The translations under genes and the position numbers were made by a program. Below, piece by piece: positions 43,053-56,033 of a DNA stretch of 64,000 bases (positions are counted from its first letter, which is position 1; every line of letters begins with the position of its first letter). This DNA comes from Octopus vulgaris (Eukaryota): contig OX597820.1 of NCBI GenBank assembly GCA_951406725.2, positions 74,090,001 to 74,154,000 of the forward strand, given 5' to 3'. The notes below the pieces were generated by a model. That model did not search any database. It saw nothing but the letters and a program-made list of their open reading frames with translations, and was not told the origin of the DNA.

Positions 43053-44189
43053 ATATTTGATTAAATGAAGGCAGTGCGCTTACAGAATTACTATTGCGTC
43101 GGATAAAACGCTTGGCGACATTTCTTCCGGCTTTACGATTTATGTTCAAGTGTCGCCGAGGTCGACTTTGCATTTCATACTTTCAGGGTCGATAAAATAA
43201 GTACCAGTTGAACATTGTACCAGTTCAACTGTAATCGGCTAGATCCTTCCCACAAAATTTCAGTCCTAGTGTCTATAGCTGGAAAAGAAGAAAAATTGAT
43301 AGGCGCAGGCGTGGCTGTGCGGTAAGAAGCTTGTTTCCCAACCACATAGTTCAGAGTTCAGTCCCACTTTGTGGCACCTTGGGCAAGTGTTTTCTACTGT
43401 AGCCGCGGGCCGACCAAAATCTTGTGAGTAGATTTGATAGATGGAAACTAAAAAGAAACTTGTCGTACTTCCCTGCCTTCTCTTCTTGCTCACTTTCCTT
43501 CCTCTTGTCATTTCACTGTGTCCCCGTCATTTTTCTCGGCCTCCTTAATTCTTCTGTCCCTCTGCCTCTACCTCTCTCTCTCTTCTTTCCCCACGTGACC
43601 GGTGTTCGGCCAAGCCTGATCTTTCTTTCTTGATTCAGCCGTCGTCCGTGCAACATCTATATTCCTCACTGTTCCAGTGAAATGTTGTATCACTGCCGTA
43701 AGGCTTTATTTCCACACACGCCAGCTTAATTTAATTCGTCCTTAGTCGAAAGACACCTGTTGCTATGTCCTGTTATTTGTATTTGTGTAACATTCTCCGT
43801 CTTTTTACCGTCCTTGTTTTCGTATACATTCGCTGCTTTCTTCCACTGAATCTAATGCTCTTAGCTTAGTTTTTCCTTGGGGCTGGCCAGATTGAAGCAA
43901 TCTCGAGTATAACCACCCGAAATTGCAAAGATAATCTGGAACTCGGCTGATGAAAGAAAACTCTGAATGACCCATCCTTATTTTCTCTGTATCGTCTATC
44001 TGGATGTTTTCTTGTCCCTTTTTTGTATCACCTGTCTGAGTGTTTTGCGTTCTTGTCCCATTTTGTATTATATATATATATATATATATATTGATAAAAC
44101 GGTAAGATAACAAAAGAAAGAAAGAGACCTCAATATTATGTAAATAGAGGAAATTTATCTATACAATATGTTACATTACTCGGTAGTCA

Positions 44190-44252
44190 AGATAAAACTC
44201 TGAGTTTCAGATGCCGAAGTGGAAATCCACAACACCATCTCTTCGGTTATCT
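44190..44252 (-). ncRNA. Hammerhead motif in the Penelope 3' terminal repeat (left arm)
   Basis: Reverse complement of 47694-47756. Confidence 0.72.
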
Positions 44253-44446
44253 GGCTATTTGAAAACGTTATGAAAAAATACCGTTAAAAATGAAGGGAAA
44301 TTACTCTGTTATAACTCTGCTTTGCCTGCGTACTTATACATCGCTCGCATTTTTCGTCATAAAAATTATATAAAAATACATAAAAATATATAAAAATATA
44401 TAAAAATATATAAAATCTTCTTGGGACATAACACAGAAAGCATGTT

Positions 44447-45979
44447 CTATCCGTTTTCTTTAGGGGACCAAAAACGTAACAGAAATTTAGTCACATGTGG
44501 GCATGATCCGAAAAGTTCTGTCCTTGTATTTAGACATGTGGTAGGGTCTAAGCTGCTTTTCCAGATAAGCCATCTCTCCATGTCGCATAAACCGCACCTT
44601 CCGCTGCCGTTAGTATAGGGCTTACATCTGGCCAAAATCTTCCATTGTATGTTATAATCGACACCTTTATCTCTTAAAGACCAAATATGATTGGATAATT
44701 GTGTCGCTTTTCTTTTGTTCCAGTGCCTAAAGCTCAAAGTGTGGTTATTGAACCTGGCCTTGAAATTACCCTCTGTCAGGCCCACGTATTTCTTCGTCAA
44801 AACGGTGTCTTTAGTGGTTATAGAGTTTACGGTAGCTTCATATATGATGGTCTTGGACATGCAAGCTCCATTTAGCGGGCACAATTCTTTATTCCTGCAT
44901 GAACAGCTGTTTTCTTCTTGTGTTTTTTGTATGTTATGATTGATTATGTTTTTAAAATTGGTAGTTGAACTAAAACTAATTTTTAAATTGTGTCTATTGA
45001 AGAGTTTCCTATAAGCATGGTTAACTGGAAAATGTCTATCTATCAGTGCTAGGAAATATTTACCTATATTGAAGGCCACCTCGGGTGAGTAAGGGGGCGT
45101 AAACCAGATGACCTTCCTATTTCTATTATTCCTTTTCCTTATTGTTGGGCTGGTGATAGGTGTATATTTTATTTTTTCGCTAAAACCACTATCTTTTAAA
45201 GCTTTATTATAAACTGGGGCAACGCTATTGAAGATGTCCTCATTAGATGAGAGGCTAGAAATCCTCTTACTAATATTTTTAACTAAATTTTTGAATACTA
45301 TAGGGAGATGGCATGAACCTACATTAATATAACTTAGTCTATCATTGGGCTTCCTATAAGGCTTATAAATATTATTATTAAGATCTAAGGAAACGTCTAA
45401 GAAATTGACAACCGTCAGGTTAGTGTCTATAGTTATACTAAGTCCGAAGTGTTTCATTAACTGGATAATATCCTTCCTAAAACGATCTTGTGCTGGTCCA
45501 TTTGTATTAGCTGTTAAGGCGAGGGCATCATCTTTGTAGATGGCGAAATGTACGTTAGGGAATGTCTTACTGAAGGTATCTAGGAGAAAGAGTCCAATTA
45601 GATCACAGATGCCTGCCCCATCATATGAACCCATGCTCACATCGAAAGCGCCCTCCGTGTCGGTGTTTTTTACCCACTTTGCATTCTCACTGAAAAGTAA
45701 TGTCTTTCTAGCATGGAAGATTATATCCTTATCATTGGTACTAATTTCTATGAAGTCACTAGCGAAATTTAGGGCTTTATCTAGCAGTTCTTTAGAGATA
45801 GAGGCATAAAAATCAACAATATCGAATTGTGTAAACCTCGCTTTTTTCTTATTCTTAATAGCTTTAAACCAGTCTACGACTTCTATACTATTGGACCATT
45901 GCACTAGCCTAGTATCGGTCTTAATTTTCGTATTTATTTTATCTAAAATTTCTTTGCTAATAATCCCTAGTTCTGACTT
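44447..45979 (-). CDS. Penelope-like RT plus C-terminal GIY-YIG endonuclease (N-terminally truncated, frame otherwise open)
   Basis: KSELGIISKEILDKIN, FDIVDFYASI, SMGSYDGA, IYKDDAL, NFLDVSL; Cys linker CSCRNKELCPLNGAC; IIY...YVGLTE..FKARFNNH; CGLCDME; LNTRTELFGSCPH. Confidence 0.9.
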   Translation of the reverse strand, partial: KSELGIISKEILDKINTKIKTDTRLVQWSNSIEVVDWFKAIKNKKKARFTQFDIVDFYASISKELLDKALNFASDFIEISTNDKDIIFHARKTLLFSENAKWVKNTDTEGAFDVSMGSYDGAGICDLIGLFLLDTFSKTFPNVHFAIYKDDALALTANTNGPAQDRFRKDIIQLMKHFGLSITIDTNLTVVNFLDVSLDLNNNIYKPYRKPNDRLSYINVGSCHLPIVFKNLVKNISKRISSLSSNEDIFNSVAPVYNKALKDSGFSEKIKYTPITSPTIRKRNNRNRKVIWFTPPYSPEVAFNIGKYFLALIDRHFPVNHAYRKLFNRHNLKISFSSTTNFKNIINHNIQKTQEENSCSCRNKELCPLNGACMSKTIIYEATVNSITTKDTVLTKKYVGLTEGNFKARFNNHTLSFRHWNKRKATQLSNHIWSLRDKGVDYNIQWKILARCKPYTNGSGRCGLCDMERWLIWKSSLDPTTCLNTRTELFGSCPHVTKFLLRFWSPKENG

Positions 45980-47499
45980 GGGATTATTAGCAAAGAAATT
46001 TTAGATAAAATAAATACGAAAATTAAGACCGATACTAGGCTAGTGCAATGGTCCAATAGTATAGAAGTCGTAGACTGGTTTAAAGCTATTAAGAATAAGA
46101 AAAAAGCGAGGTTTACACAATTCGATATTGTTGATTTTTATGCCTCTATCTCTAAAGAACTGCTAGATAAAGCCCTAAATTTCGCTAGTGACTTCATAGA
46201 AATTAGTACCAATGATAAGGATATAATCTTCCATGCTAGAAAGACATTACTTTTCAGTGAGAATGCAAAGTGGGTAAAAAACACCGACACGGAGGGCGCT
46301 TTCGATGTGAGCATGGGTTCATATGATGGGGCAGGCATCTGTGATCTAATTGGACTCTTTCTCCTAGATACCTTCAGTAAGACATTCCCTAACGTACATT
46401 TCGCCATCTACAAAGATGATGCCCTCGCCTTAACAGCTAATACAAATGGACCAGCACAAGATCGTTTTAGGAAGGATATTATCCAGTTAATGAAACACTT
46501 CGGACTTAGTATAACTATAGACACTAACCTGACGGTTGTCAATTTCTTAGACGTTTCCTTAGATCTTAATAATAATATTTATAAGCCTTATAGGAAGCCC
46601 AATGATAGACTAAGTTATATTAATGTAGGTTCATGCCATCCCCCTATAGTATTCAAAAATTTAGTTAAAAATATTAGTAAGAGGATTTCTAGCCTCTCAT
46701 CTAATGAGGACATCTTCAATAGCGTTGCCCCAGTTTATAATAAAGCTTTAAAAGATAGTGGTTTTAGCGAAAAAATAAAATATACACCTATCACCAGCCC
46801 AACAATAAGGAAAAGGAATAATAGAAATAGGAAGGTCATCTGGTTTACGCCCCTTACTCACCCGAGGTGGCCTTCAATATAGGTAAATATTTCCTAGCAC
46901 TGATAGATAGACATTTTCCAGTTAACCATGCTTATAGGAAACTCTTCAATAGACACAATTTAAAAATTAGTTTTAGTTCAACTACCAATTTTAAAAACAT
47001 AATCAATCATAACATACAAAAAACACAAGAAGAAAACAGCTGTTCATGCAGGAATAAAGAATTGTGCCCGCTAAATGGAGCTTGCATGTCCAAGACCATC
47101 ATATATGAAGCTACCGTAAACTCTATAACCACTAAAGACACCGTTTTGACGAAGAAATACGTGGGCCTGACAGAGGGTAATTTCAAGGCCAGGTTCAATA
47201 ACCACACTTTGAGCTTTAGGCACTGGAACAAAAGAAAAGCGACACAATTATCCAATCATATTTGGTCTTTAAGAGATAAAGGTGTCGATTATAACATACA
47301 ATGGAAGATTTTGGCCAGATGTAAGCCCTATACTAACGGCAGCGGAAGGTGCGGTTTATGCGACATGGAGAGATGGCTTATCTGGAAAAGCAGCTTAGAC
47401 CCTACCACATGTCTAAATACAAGGACAGAACTTTTCGGATCATGCCCACATGTGACTAAATTTCTGTTACGTTTTTGGTCCCCTAAAGAAAACGGATAG
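45980..47499 (+). pseudogene. Second copy of the Penelope-like ORF, split by a 1-bp deletion near 46850
   Basis: Translation matches the minus copy except HPP versus HLP and a C4 versus C5 homopolymer frameshift. Confidence 0.88.
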
Positions 47500-47693
47500 A
47501 ACATGCTTTCTGTGTTATGTCCCAAGAAGATTTTATATATTTTTATATATTTTTATATATTTTTATGTATTTTTATATAATTTTTATGACGAAAAATGCG
47601 AGCGATGTATAAGTACGCAGGCAAAGCAGAGTTATAACAGAGTAATTTCCCTTCATTTTTAACGGTATTTTTTCATAACGTTTTCAAATAGCC

Positions 47694-47756
47694 AGATAAC
47701 CGAAGAGATGGTGTTGTGGATTTCCACTTCGGCATCTGAAACTCAGAGTTTTATCT
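47694..47756 (+). ncRNA. Hammerhead motif in the Penelope 3' terminal repeat (right arm)
   Basis: AGATAA-CCGAAGA-GATG...CATC-TGAAA-CTCaGAG-TT-TTATCT. The core has C for U4 and stem III is near-palindromic. Confidence 0.72.
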
Positions 47757-47778
47757 TGACTACCGAGTAATGTAACAT

Positions 47779-47872
<94 letters not shown>

Positions 47873-48485
47873 TGTATGTATGTATGTATGTATGTATTTG
47901 TGTGTCTATGTTTGTCTCCCTAACCTTGCTTGACAGCCAGTGTTGGTGTGTTTTATAGGTCGCAAAAGCGAACTATAAAATAAGAACTAGGCTTCCAAAG
48001 AATAAGTCTTGAGGTCGATTTGTTCGACTAAAGGCGGTGCCCCAACATGGCCGCAGTCAAATAACTGAAACAAGTAAAAAGACTAAAAGGATAATTGAAA
48101 TTACAAAAGTTATCTTTCCTCTTCTTCTGAAATTAATTTTCATTAACGCTTATAAATTTTCTTCTCATTACAGTTATAACTATAATTAATTGAAAGTTAT
48201 TTTCTGCTAATATAACAATTATATTAGCGCGCACTGAACCGTAGATAATTAATCAGAGACCCACAGGATAGCCTCGCTCCTCAGACAGATGTTTCAAACT
48301 CGTGTCTGTTTGCCTGTCACTAGCGTTCAATCATTGATTTTCACAAGATATTAGGATGAGGCGGGGAGAGAGAACAGAGTGAACATATGAACTCTATAGA
48401 AAATACAAAACTCGTTGCCGTGGAAACATTATCTGTATCCCAAATGGGAGGTATGCGTGTGTTCAACGGAAACACCGGCTTCTGC

Positions 48486-48617
<132 letters not shown>

Positions 48618-48890
48618 TAGAGAGAGATAAAGAGAGATATAGAGAGAGATAGAGATAAATATGTATATATATGCATGTACATATATGTCTATGTGTGTAT
48701 GTATGTATTATGTATGTGTTATGTATGTATGTGTGTGTATGTGTGTGTGTATGTGTGTGTGTATGTGTGTGTGTACATGTATGTGTATGCACCATGTGTG
48801 TATATACAACTGTAAAGTACATGTATATATGTGTGTGAGTGTGCGTCTGTATGTGTGTGTGTATGTGTGTGTGTGTATGTGTATGTGTGT

Positions 48891-48949
<59 letters not shown>

Positions 48950-49726
48950 AACAGCAAGCAGCGTATGTTCGGATAGAGGAGGCTGGTGGATGCGTTGGTG
49001 TGTGCTCACGCACACGTGACCTTTTTATGTCTTTCGTTCATTTGAATAACGCAGACCCTAATGGGTTGCAAATATCTATGTCAGCGAACTCCTTAAAATA
49101 ATCGCGTCCCCTTTAAACTGTGACCATTTGCTCCCTCTGTGACTTACCGCCACGACCAAAATCATAAATGATTAATGATGATCGTTGGCGAAACCGGTCA
49201 CGTGGAAAAAAACTAGTCACGTGGTCACAACCGTCCTGTGCCTACCACGTAGGAGTGGTGGGCAGAGGAGAGTTGGAATAAAGCGGACTGAATCTACTAA
49301 ATCCAGATATATTACTGGTATTCTTTCTATCGATTCTATAAGATTTTAAAAGCAATACTTTGAACTGTCATACTTTGTGCAGTAGCGTTACTAGCTGTGG
49401 GGGACTGTTCATTCCGGGTGGCGATTCATGAGGAAGGCACCCTTTTTGGGTCTGCTGTATACGTCTGTGTTGAGAAGAGGAGAGGTGAGGTGGCACACTG
49501 AGAGATTGCATCCGGCAGTACACTCAATGACTGCATCTGGTGACACACTTAGAGACTGCACCCGGTGGAAAACACTCCAGCTACGTCACTGACTTTGTGA
49601 CGAGTAAATGAAAATGTCTAGGGGCCATAGAAATAGCAATTAAATTTCCCTCATATCACCGATCATCTAGGCGCAGGAGTGGCTGTGTGGAAAGAAGCTT
49701 GCTTCTTACCACACAGCTACTCCTAC

Positions 49727-50145
49727 GAGGCGGCGAGCTAGCAAAAACGTTAGCACGCCGGGCGAAATGCTTAGCGGTATTTCGTCTGCGGCTATATTCT
49801 GAGTTCAAATTCCGCCGAGGTCGACTTTGCCTTTGATCATTTCGGGGTCGATTAAATAAGTACTAGTTACGCACTGGGGTAAATGTAATCGACTCAATCC
49901 GTTTGTCTGTCCTTGTTTGTCCTCTCTGTGTTTAGCCCCTTGTGGGTAGTAAAGAAATAGGTATTTCGTCTGCCGCTACGTTCTGAGTTCAAATTCCGCC
50001 GAGGTCGACTTTGCCTTTCATCCTTTCGAGGTCGATAAATTAAGTACTAGTTACGCACTGAGGTCGATCTAATCGACTTAATCCCTTTGTCTGTCCATGG
50101 TTGTCTCCTCTATGTTTAGCCCCTTTTTGGGCAATAAAGAAATAA
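49727..50145 (+). mobile_element. SINE family B nested in a family A head
   Basis: Family B dimer follows a truncated family A head (49668-49710). AAGAAGCTTGCTTC recurs after it. Confidence 0.8.
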
Positions 50146-51084
50146 GAAGCTTGCTTCCCCCAGTGCTTTGACGGATGATTTTGTGATCTTCTTCCATAAG
50201 GGAGGGGCGATTCAGAGCACCATAAGGAAGCTAGAGGGCCGGAGAGAGGGGACCTTGCCCTGGACTGAAGACCCCGATTGGCCTCCGCAGGTAACTGCGG
50301 AGGTTATAACGGACGTTGAAATGTTCAAGGTGATGGACTCCTTCCCGAAGGACTGGTATAGGTTTGTCTTTTGGCACAGCGACCTGGAACTACAGGGTTG
50401 TCTGTGGGTAGCATATGGCCTGGGCGAAGAGAGAGGATGAGGCCTTAGTGCCTCAATTTTTTTTTGGTATATTGATTGTATTCATTGGTAACAGGCCCAG
50501 CGCCTCAATTTGTAAAGACGATTACGCCAATAATTATTGACCTGAGGTAAGAGGTTTAGTTCCTCATTTTGTTTAGTTTTTTTTTTAAAAAGAGAACAAT
50601 GCTTTCGAGAATGCAACAATATGTGGGCGTTGCTAGCTTCTCCCATCAACCATTTCTTTCATTTCATCATCATCGTGTCCTCGTCCAGCCCACAACTACT
50701 CCTTCTGTGTAATGCCTTTATGGCAAATCGAATGAAATAAAGAAGCTTCTTTACCAACCACATGGTTCCGGATTCAGTCTCACTGCGTGGCACTATGAGC
50801 AAGTGTTTTCTACTATAGCTTCGAGCCGACCAAAGCCTTGTGAGTGGATTTCGTAGGCGGAAACTGCAAGAAGCCCGTCGTATGTGTGTGTGCGTGTGTG
50901 TGTGTGTTTGTTTGTCCCCCCAGCACCACTACCATCGCTTGACAACCAATGTCGGTGTGTTTACGTCCCCGTAACTTAGCGGTTCGGTAAAAGACACCGA
51001 TAGAATAAGTACTAAGCTTACAAAAAAATAAGTCCTGGGGTCAATTTGTTAGACTAAAGGCGGTGCTCCAGGATGGCTGCAGTG

Positions 51085-51920
51085 TACATTTAAACATAAG
51101 AGAAACTACCTTTTAACAGATAATTAACAGATAAAATAAGTGGGCATTAAGAATTAGTTATAAATTCCATATTCCTTTTACAAATTTATTGAAACAAATG
51201 ATACCTGTTTTTTTATGATATGAAAAATATGAAAGGAAATCTTCATATTTCAACGTAAACACTGGTGGCGTCAATCAGTTTCCTGAAACGGCCAGGGATG
51301 GAATGAACAACCCTCCAGTGTGCAAGGTTTCGTCTTTTTACACTTCTTTTTATGTAATCCCACAGGTAAAAGTCACATGGAGTGAGATCTGGACTTCTTG
51401 GTGTTCTGGACTTCCGCAGTCAGTTTTCAGGTTTTAGCTCCTGTATATAATGGGGTTACCACGGACGATAATTTAATTCTTTATGCAACACCGTATGTCT
51501 TGTTAGTTCACTTTCGCGAGCTACTTGACCTGTTGATTTTTGCGGGCTGCGATTAAACATTCCCGGCACTGTTGCCATGCTCACCGCTAATCAGGATGTG
51601 GTTGGACGTCCACCTCTTGCTTCGTTTACAGAGCCCGTGGTCATCAGTTTTGCATGACAACTTTTTTATTGTCTCCGAACGTAGTGTTGCATGCTTACCT
51701 TTCCATGCACGCCACCATCTCTGAACAATAACAATGGAATTCCACACTTCATAGCATGTTGCTATCTTTACTCGCTCCTGAACAGTCAAGCAACCGACAT
51801 CTAGAACATAAGAAATAAGAAATAGGACAACTGTTTAAAAAATGTTTCGTCACAACTTCAACGATACTAAAAATTCTATAAGCAATATGTAATGCCTAGT
51901 TACTTTCCACCTACCCTATA
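51085..51920 (-). mobile_element. Decayed Tc1/mariner transposon
   Basis: Minus-strand TVQERVKIATCYEVWNSIVIVQRWWR (HTH-like) and PRSPDLTPCDFYLWDYIK. Confidence 0.75.
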
Positions 51921-51983
51921 AATAGATATATAGATACCAATGTGTGTGTGTGTGTGTGTGTGTGTGCGTGCGTGTGTGCGTGC

Positions 51984-52016
<33 letters not shown>

Positions 52017-52442
52017 TGCGTGTGTGCGTGTGTGTGTGTTTGTGTGCATGGGTTGATGTTTCTTAAGTTGCTTATAGTTTAATTCGGCTGTTTCTGTTCC
52101 CCACTACACGATCTAGTGGTCAAAACAATTCCAGCCGTGACCATCCCATCTATTTTCTCCAGGCGTTCCATATTATCATCATATTATCATGCATACTGTT
52201 CTTCTTTTAAGACAGAAGCATAAGATTTGAGGTAGATATAGCAGCTATTTCAGATAGACCCAGGGGTTCCTTCATTTTTCTGTATTCGACTGCTATCTTT
52301 ACTAAATCAAGTAATTTCGTAGAAGCTCCTGTGTTGCGTTGATATTGTTTAGAGATGTGTATAGTCTAAATGCGGAGAGGAATACCACCTCTGTCTCTGT
52401 CTATCTGTTGCTATCTCTCTCTTTCACTCTCTCTCTCTCTCT

Positions 52443-52481
<39 letters not shown>

Positions 52482-52635
52482 CTCGTTTGCAGAATGGAGA
52501 TAACGGCTGTGGGTGAAAACAAACGCAATATTTCAAGGTCGCAACCAACATAAGAAAAAACAGAAAACAGAGTCACAGAAAGTGACTGAACCAAGACGTT
52601 ACATGTGTGAGTGTGCGCGTGCGTGTGCATGTATG

Positions 52636-52689
<54 letters not shown>

Positions 52690-52842
52690 ATATACAGAAC
52701 ACTGATATACATGACACACAAGCTGATATAAATTTATAGACGTAAACAAGCATCTGATCAACTCAACACAGCGCCAGGTGTCCTAGATTCCATTGTTGAG
52801 ATGTTATGCGAGTAAATGTTCACACACACACCCATCCATATA

Positions 52843-53255
<413 letters not shown>

Positions 53256-53306
53256 TAGAAAAAAGGCAAGGTAGAAAATGCTAAAATAATTTTATAAAAA
53301 ATATTT

Positions 53307-53342
53307 CAGTACCGGTTTCAGTCATTGAGACTTTTTCAACTG
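53307..53342 (-). ncRNA. Minimal hammerhead-like motif (variant core TTGAAAA)
   Basis: Minus strand CAG-TTGAAAA-AGTC-tcaat-GACT-GAAA-CCGG-TA-CTG, next to a (TA)-rich tract. Confidence 0.55.
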
Positions 53343-53504
53343 TAAGTGTGGAAAACAATTAAATTTGGGAAAAATGAAAAGAAAAGTTTTTTTAAAAGAA
53401 TATTTGCATAGTGTTAAAATATAAGTGGCATTTTCCTTGTTTCTTCCTGTCTCTGTCTTGTTTACTCTGGTGGGTTTGAGGTCGTTGAGAATTCTAGGTA
53501 GGGA

Positions 53505-53822
53505 AGAAGAAGAGGAGGAGGAGGAGCAGAAGAAGTAGAAGAAGAAGAAGAAGAAGAAGAAGAAGAAGAAGAAGAAAAAGAAGAAGAAGAAGAAGAAGAA
53601 GAAGAAGAAGAAGGGGAAGAAGAAGGGGAAGAAGAAGGGGAAGGGGAAGAGGAAGAAGAAGAAGAAGAAGAAGAAGAAGAAGAAGAAGAAGAAGAAGAAG
53701 AAGAAGAAAAAGAAGAAAAAGAAGAAGAAGAAGAAGAAGAAGAAAAAGAAAAAGAAAAAGAAGAAGAAGGGGAAGAAGAAGAAGAAGAAGAAGAAGAAGA
53801 AGAAGAAGAAGAAGAAGAAGAA
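53505..53822. repeat. (GAA)n purine tract
   Basis: Direct inspection. Confidence 0.97.
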
Positions 53823-54026
53823 GGTGTTATTCTAGATGACTATGTGTGGGGCAAAGTCGACAAAGGATACCATCTTCCCTGTTTGTAACACCAAGGCTGT
53901 GGTGGTGGCCAAGATCAAGAAGATGTATGGAGATTCTCCCAACGACACAGTGAGGAAAGCATCTGATGGTTCTAGAGCCGTCTTGAGGCTGTGGTGGAAG
54001 CTGTTTTGTTCAGCTATAATCTAGTT

Positions 54027-54214
54027 CAGTGGTTCCCAAAGTGAGCGGTACCGCCCCCTCCAAGGGGGCGGCGGAAATACTGTGAGATACGGTTGTTTTG
54101 AATTTGTTGCAGACAATGGTTTGTGCATGTGAGGGTGGGTGGGTGGAGTGGGGGCACTAAGAATGTGGCCTCAGAACTAAGGGGTCGGCAACCTGAATTG
54201 TTTTGGAATCACTG
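54027..54214. mobile_element. hAT-type MITE (same family as 2684-2965, internally deleted)
   Basis: CAGTGGTTCCCAAA...TTTGGAATCACTG with TSD ATCTAGTT/ATCTCGTT. Confidence 0.8.
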
Positions 54215-54504
54215 ATCTCGTTGATATTTATTGATGTTTTAAAATTATGGTGTATTGTTTATTCTTTTCCTTTGACGCAGACAGTCAAATTTAACATAAA
54301 TTCCGGAGGCATGAGAGATAAAGAGAGATTTATTTGTCTAACCGACCTGTCATATGATTACAGCTGTTTCGTTTAAGTTTGCGTGCTGAAAGAAATCGTA
54401 CTACATTAAGAAGGTAACGAAAACGGCTGTAACCACATGGAAGTCATACGGGAAAATATATTTATCATCACCTCTCACTCTTCCCACTTGCTAACTTTAT
54501 GCTT

Positions 54505-54566
<62 letters not shown>

Positions 54567-54567
54567 C

Positions 54568-54601
<34 letters not shown>

Positions 54602-55274
54602 TTAATTTTAATTTTAATGGCTATTTTAATTCAATTCTGCCTCAATTGCGTAAACAGGATTTTTAATAATCGGGGAAGCTATTTGTAACTCCAGCGAATA
54701 TTTTGTTCACCTTTTCCTGTATCAGAGACAACGAATTAACGTCCGAACATATGGCTGGATGCGAATACGCGCTATCGAAAAGGCCGAAAAAAGCCGAAAT
54801 GCATGTGGCGACCCCGCTGGCTGCTATTGGGATGAAATTTTGTCTCCCTGTGATATTTTTTGTTTTTAACACAGCAAGTCCACCGGAAATATTATCTCAG
54901 ACTTCAGTAACTGGCCTATCAACACTTGCGTATGAATTAAGTCTGACACACGGAGCTTATTTTAATTAAATACCGCCTCAGTTGCTTTCGATGGAGTCAT
55001 ATAACAGAAGTTGAAGAGTATCCATGGCAATTATACAGGTTTATATTATAATATATTATTACATAACATGAAATTTCAGAGTAGCAAATGATTAAATTAC
55101 AAAGATATTATGCATAATGAAAGTGACAGCCATTTATATAACCTTAAATGTTATCTTGTGATAAATCTCATACTGCATAGGCAAACGAACTCTAGAATGG
55201 TATTTTCTCATCTTTTACCGAATGGCGTTGTACGAGTACCCCCTTATGTTTTGCGAACCATAGATACAATATGG

Positions 55275-55462
55275 TTTCAAATTTTGGCACAAGGCCAGCA
55301 ATTTTAGGAGAGGGTATTAGTCGATTACTGATTCTTTCTTTTATCAACCCCGAAAACAATTAAAAGTAAATCGTCATCGCTGGAACTTGAACTCGGGACA
55401 TAAACCCGGAATAAATGCCGGTAAGCCTTTTATTTGGACAACGATTCTGCCAGCTCGCCACC

Positions 55463-55537
<75 letters not shown>

Positions 55538-55726
55538 GTTTAAAATTTTTCCACAAGGGCAACCATTTTGGTAAAGATGATGTGTTGATTAAATCGATCC
55601 CCAGTGTTTCACTGGTACTTAATTTATCGACCCCGAGAGGATAAAAGGCAAAGTCAACCTCGGAGGAATTTGAACTCAGAACGTAGCGACGGGTGAAATA
55701 CCGCTAAGCATTTAGCCAAGGCGTGC

Positions 55727-55761
<35 letters not shown>

Positions 55762-55940
55762 TCTCCTAAAGGCACAAGGCCTGAAATTTTGGGGGAGGGG
55801 TCAAGTCGATTACAGCGACTCCAATGTTTCACTAGTACTTAATTTATCGACCCTGAAAGAATGAAAGACAAATTGACTTCGGCAGAATTTGAACTCAGAA
55901 TGTAAAAACGTGCTAACGATTCTGCCAGCTCGCTGCCTTA
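55275..55940 (-). mobile_element. Cluster of family B SINEs interleaved with (AAT)n
   Basis: Three family B cores on the minus strand, each followed by (AAT)n. Confidence 0.75.
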
Positions 55941-55958
55941 ATAATAATAATAATAGTA

Positions 55959-56030
<72 letters not shown>

Positions 56031-56033
<3 letters not shown>

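Larger units (their letters stand above)
44091..47786. mobile_element. Penelope-like retroelement (Naiad-type), 5'-truncated, head-to-head inverted duplication in (TA)n
   Basis: Arms 44160-45967 and 45980-47786 are reverse complements around a 12-bp spacer. Each carries an RT-GIY-YIG ORF and a 3' hammerhead, with (TA)n on both outer sides. Confidence 0.93.

Noticed and set aside
44447-47499. Selenocysteine recoding, as reported for some Naiad elements
   Set aside because: No in-frame TGA in the visible ORF. The Cys motifs use normal codons and the stop is TAG.
49170-49210. Hammerhead-like ATGATGA...GAAACCGGTC
   Set aside because: No stem I adjacent to the core and a very weak stem II.
50168-50440. 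GC-richer 90-aa ORF
   Set aside because: No recognisable motif or exon context. Probably a retroelement fragment that I cannot assign.
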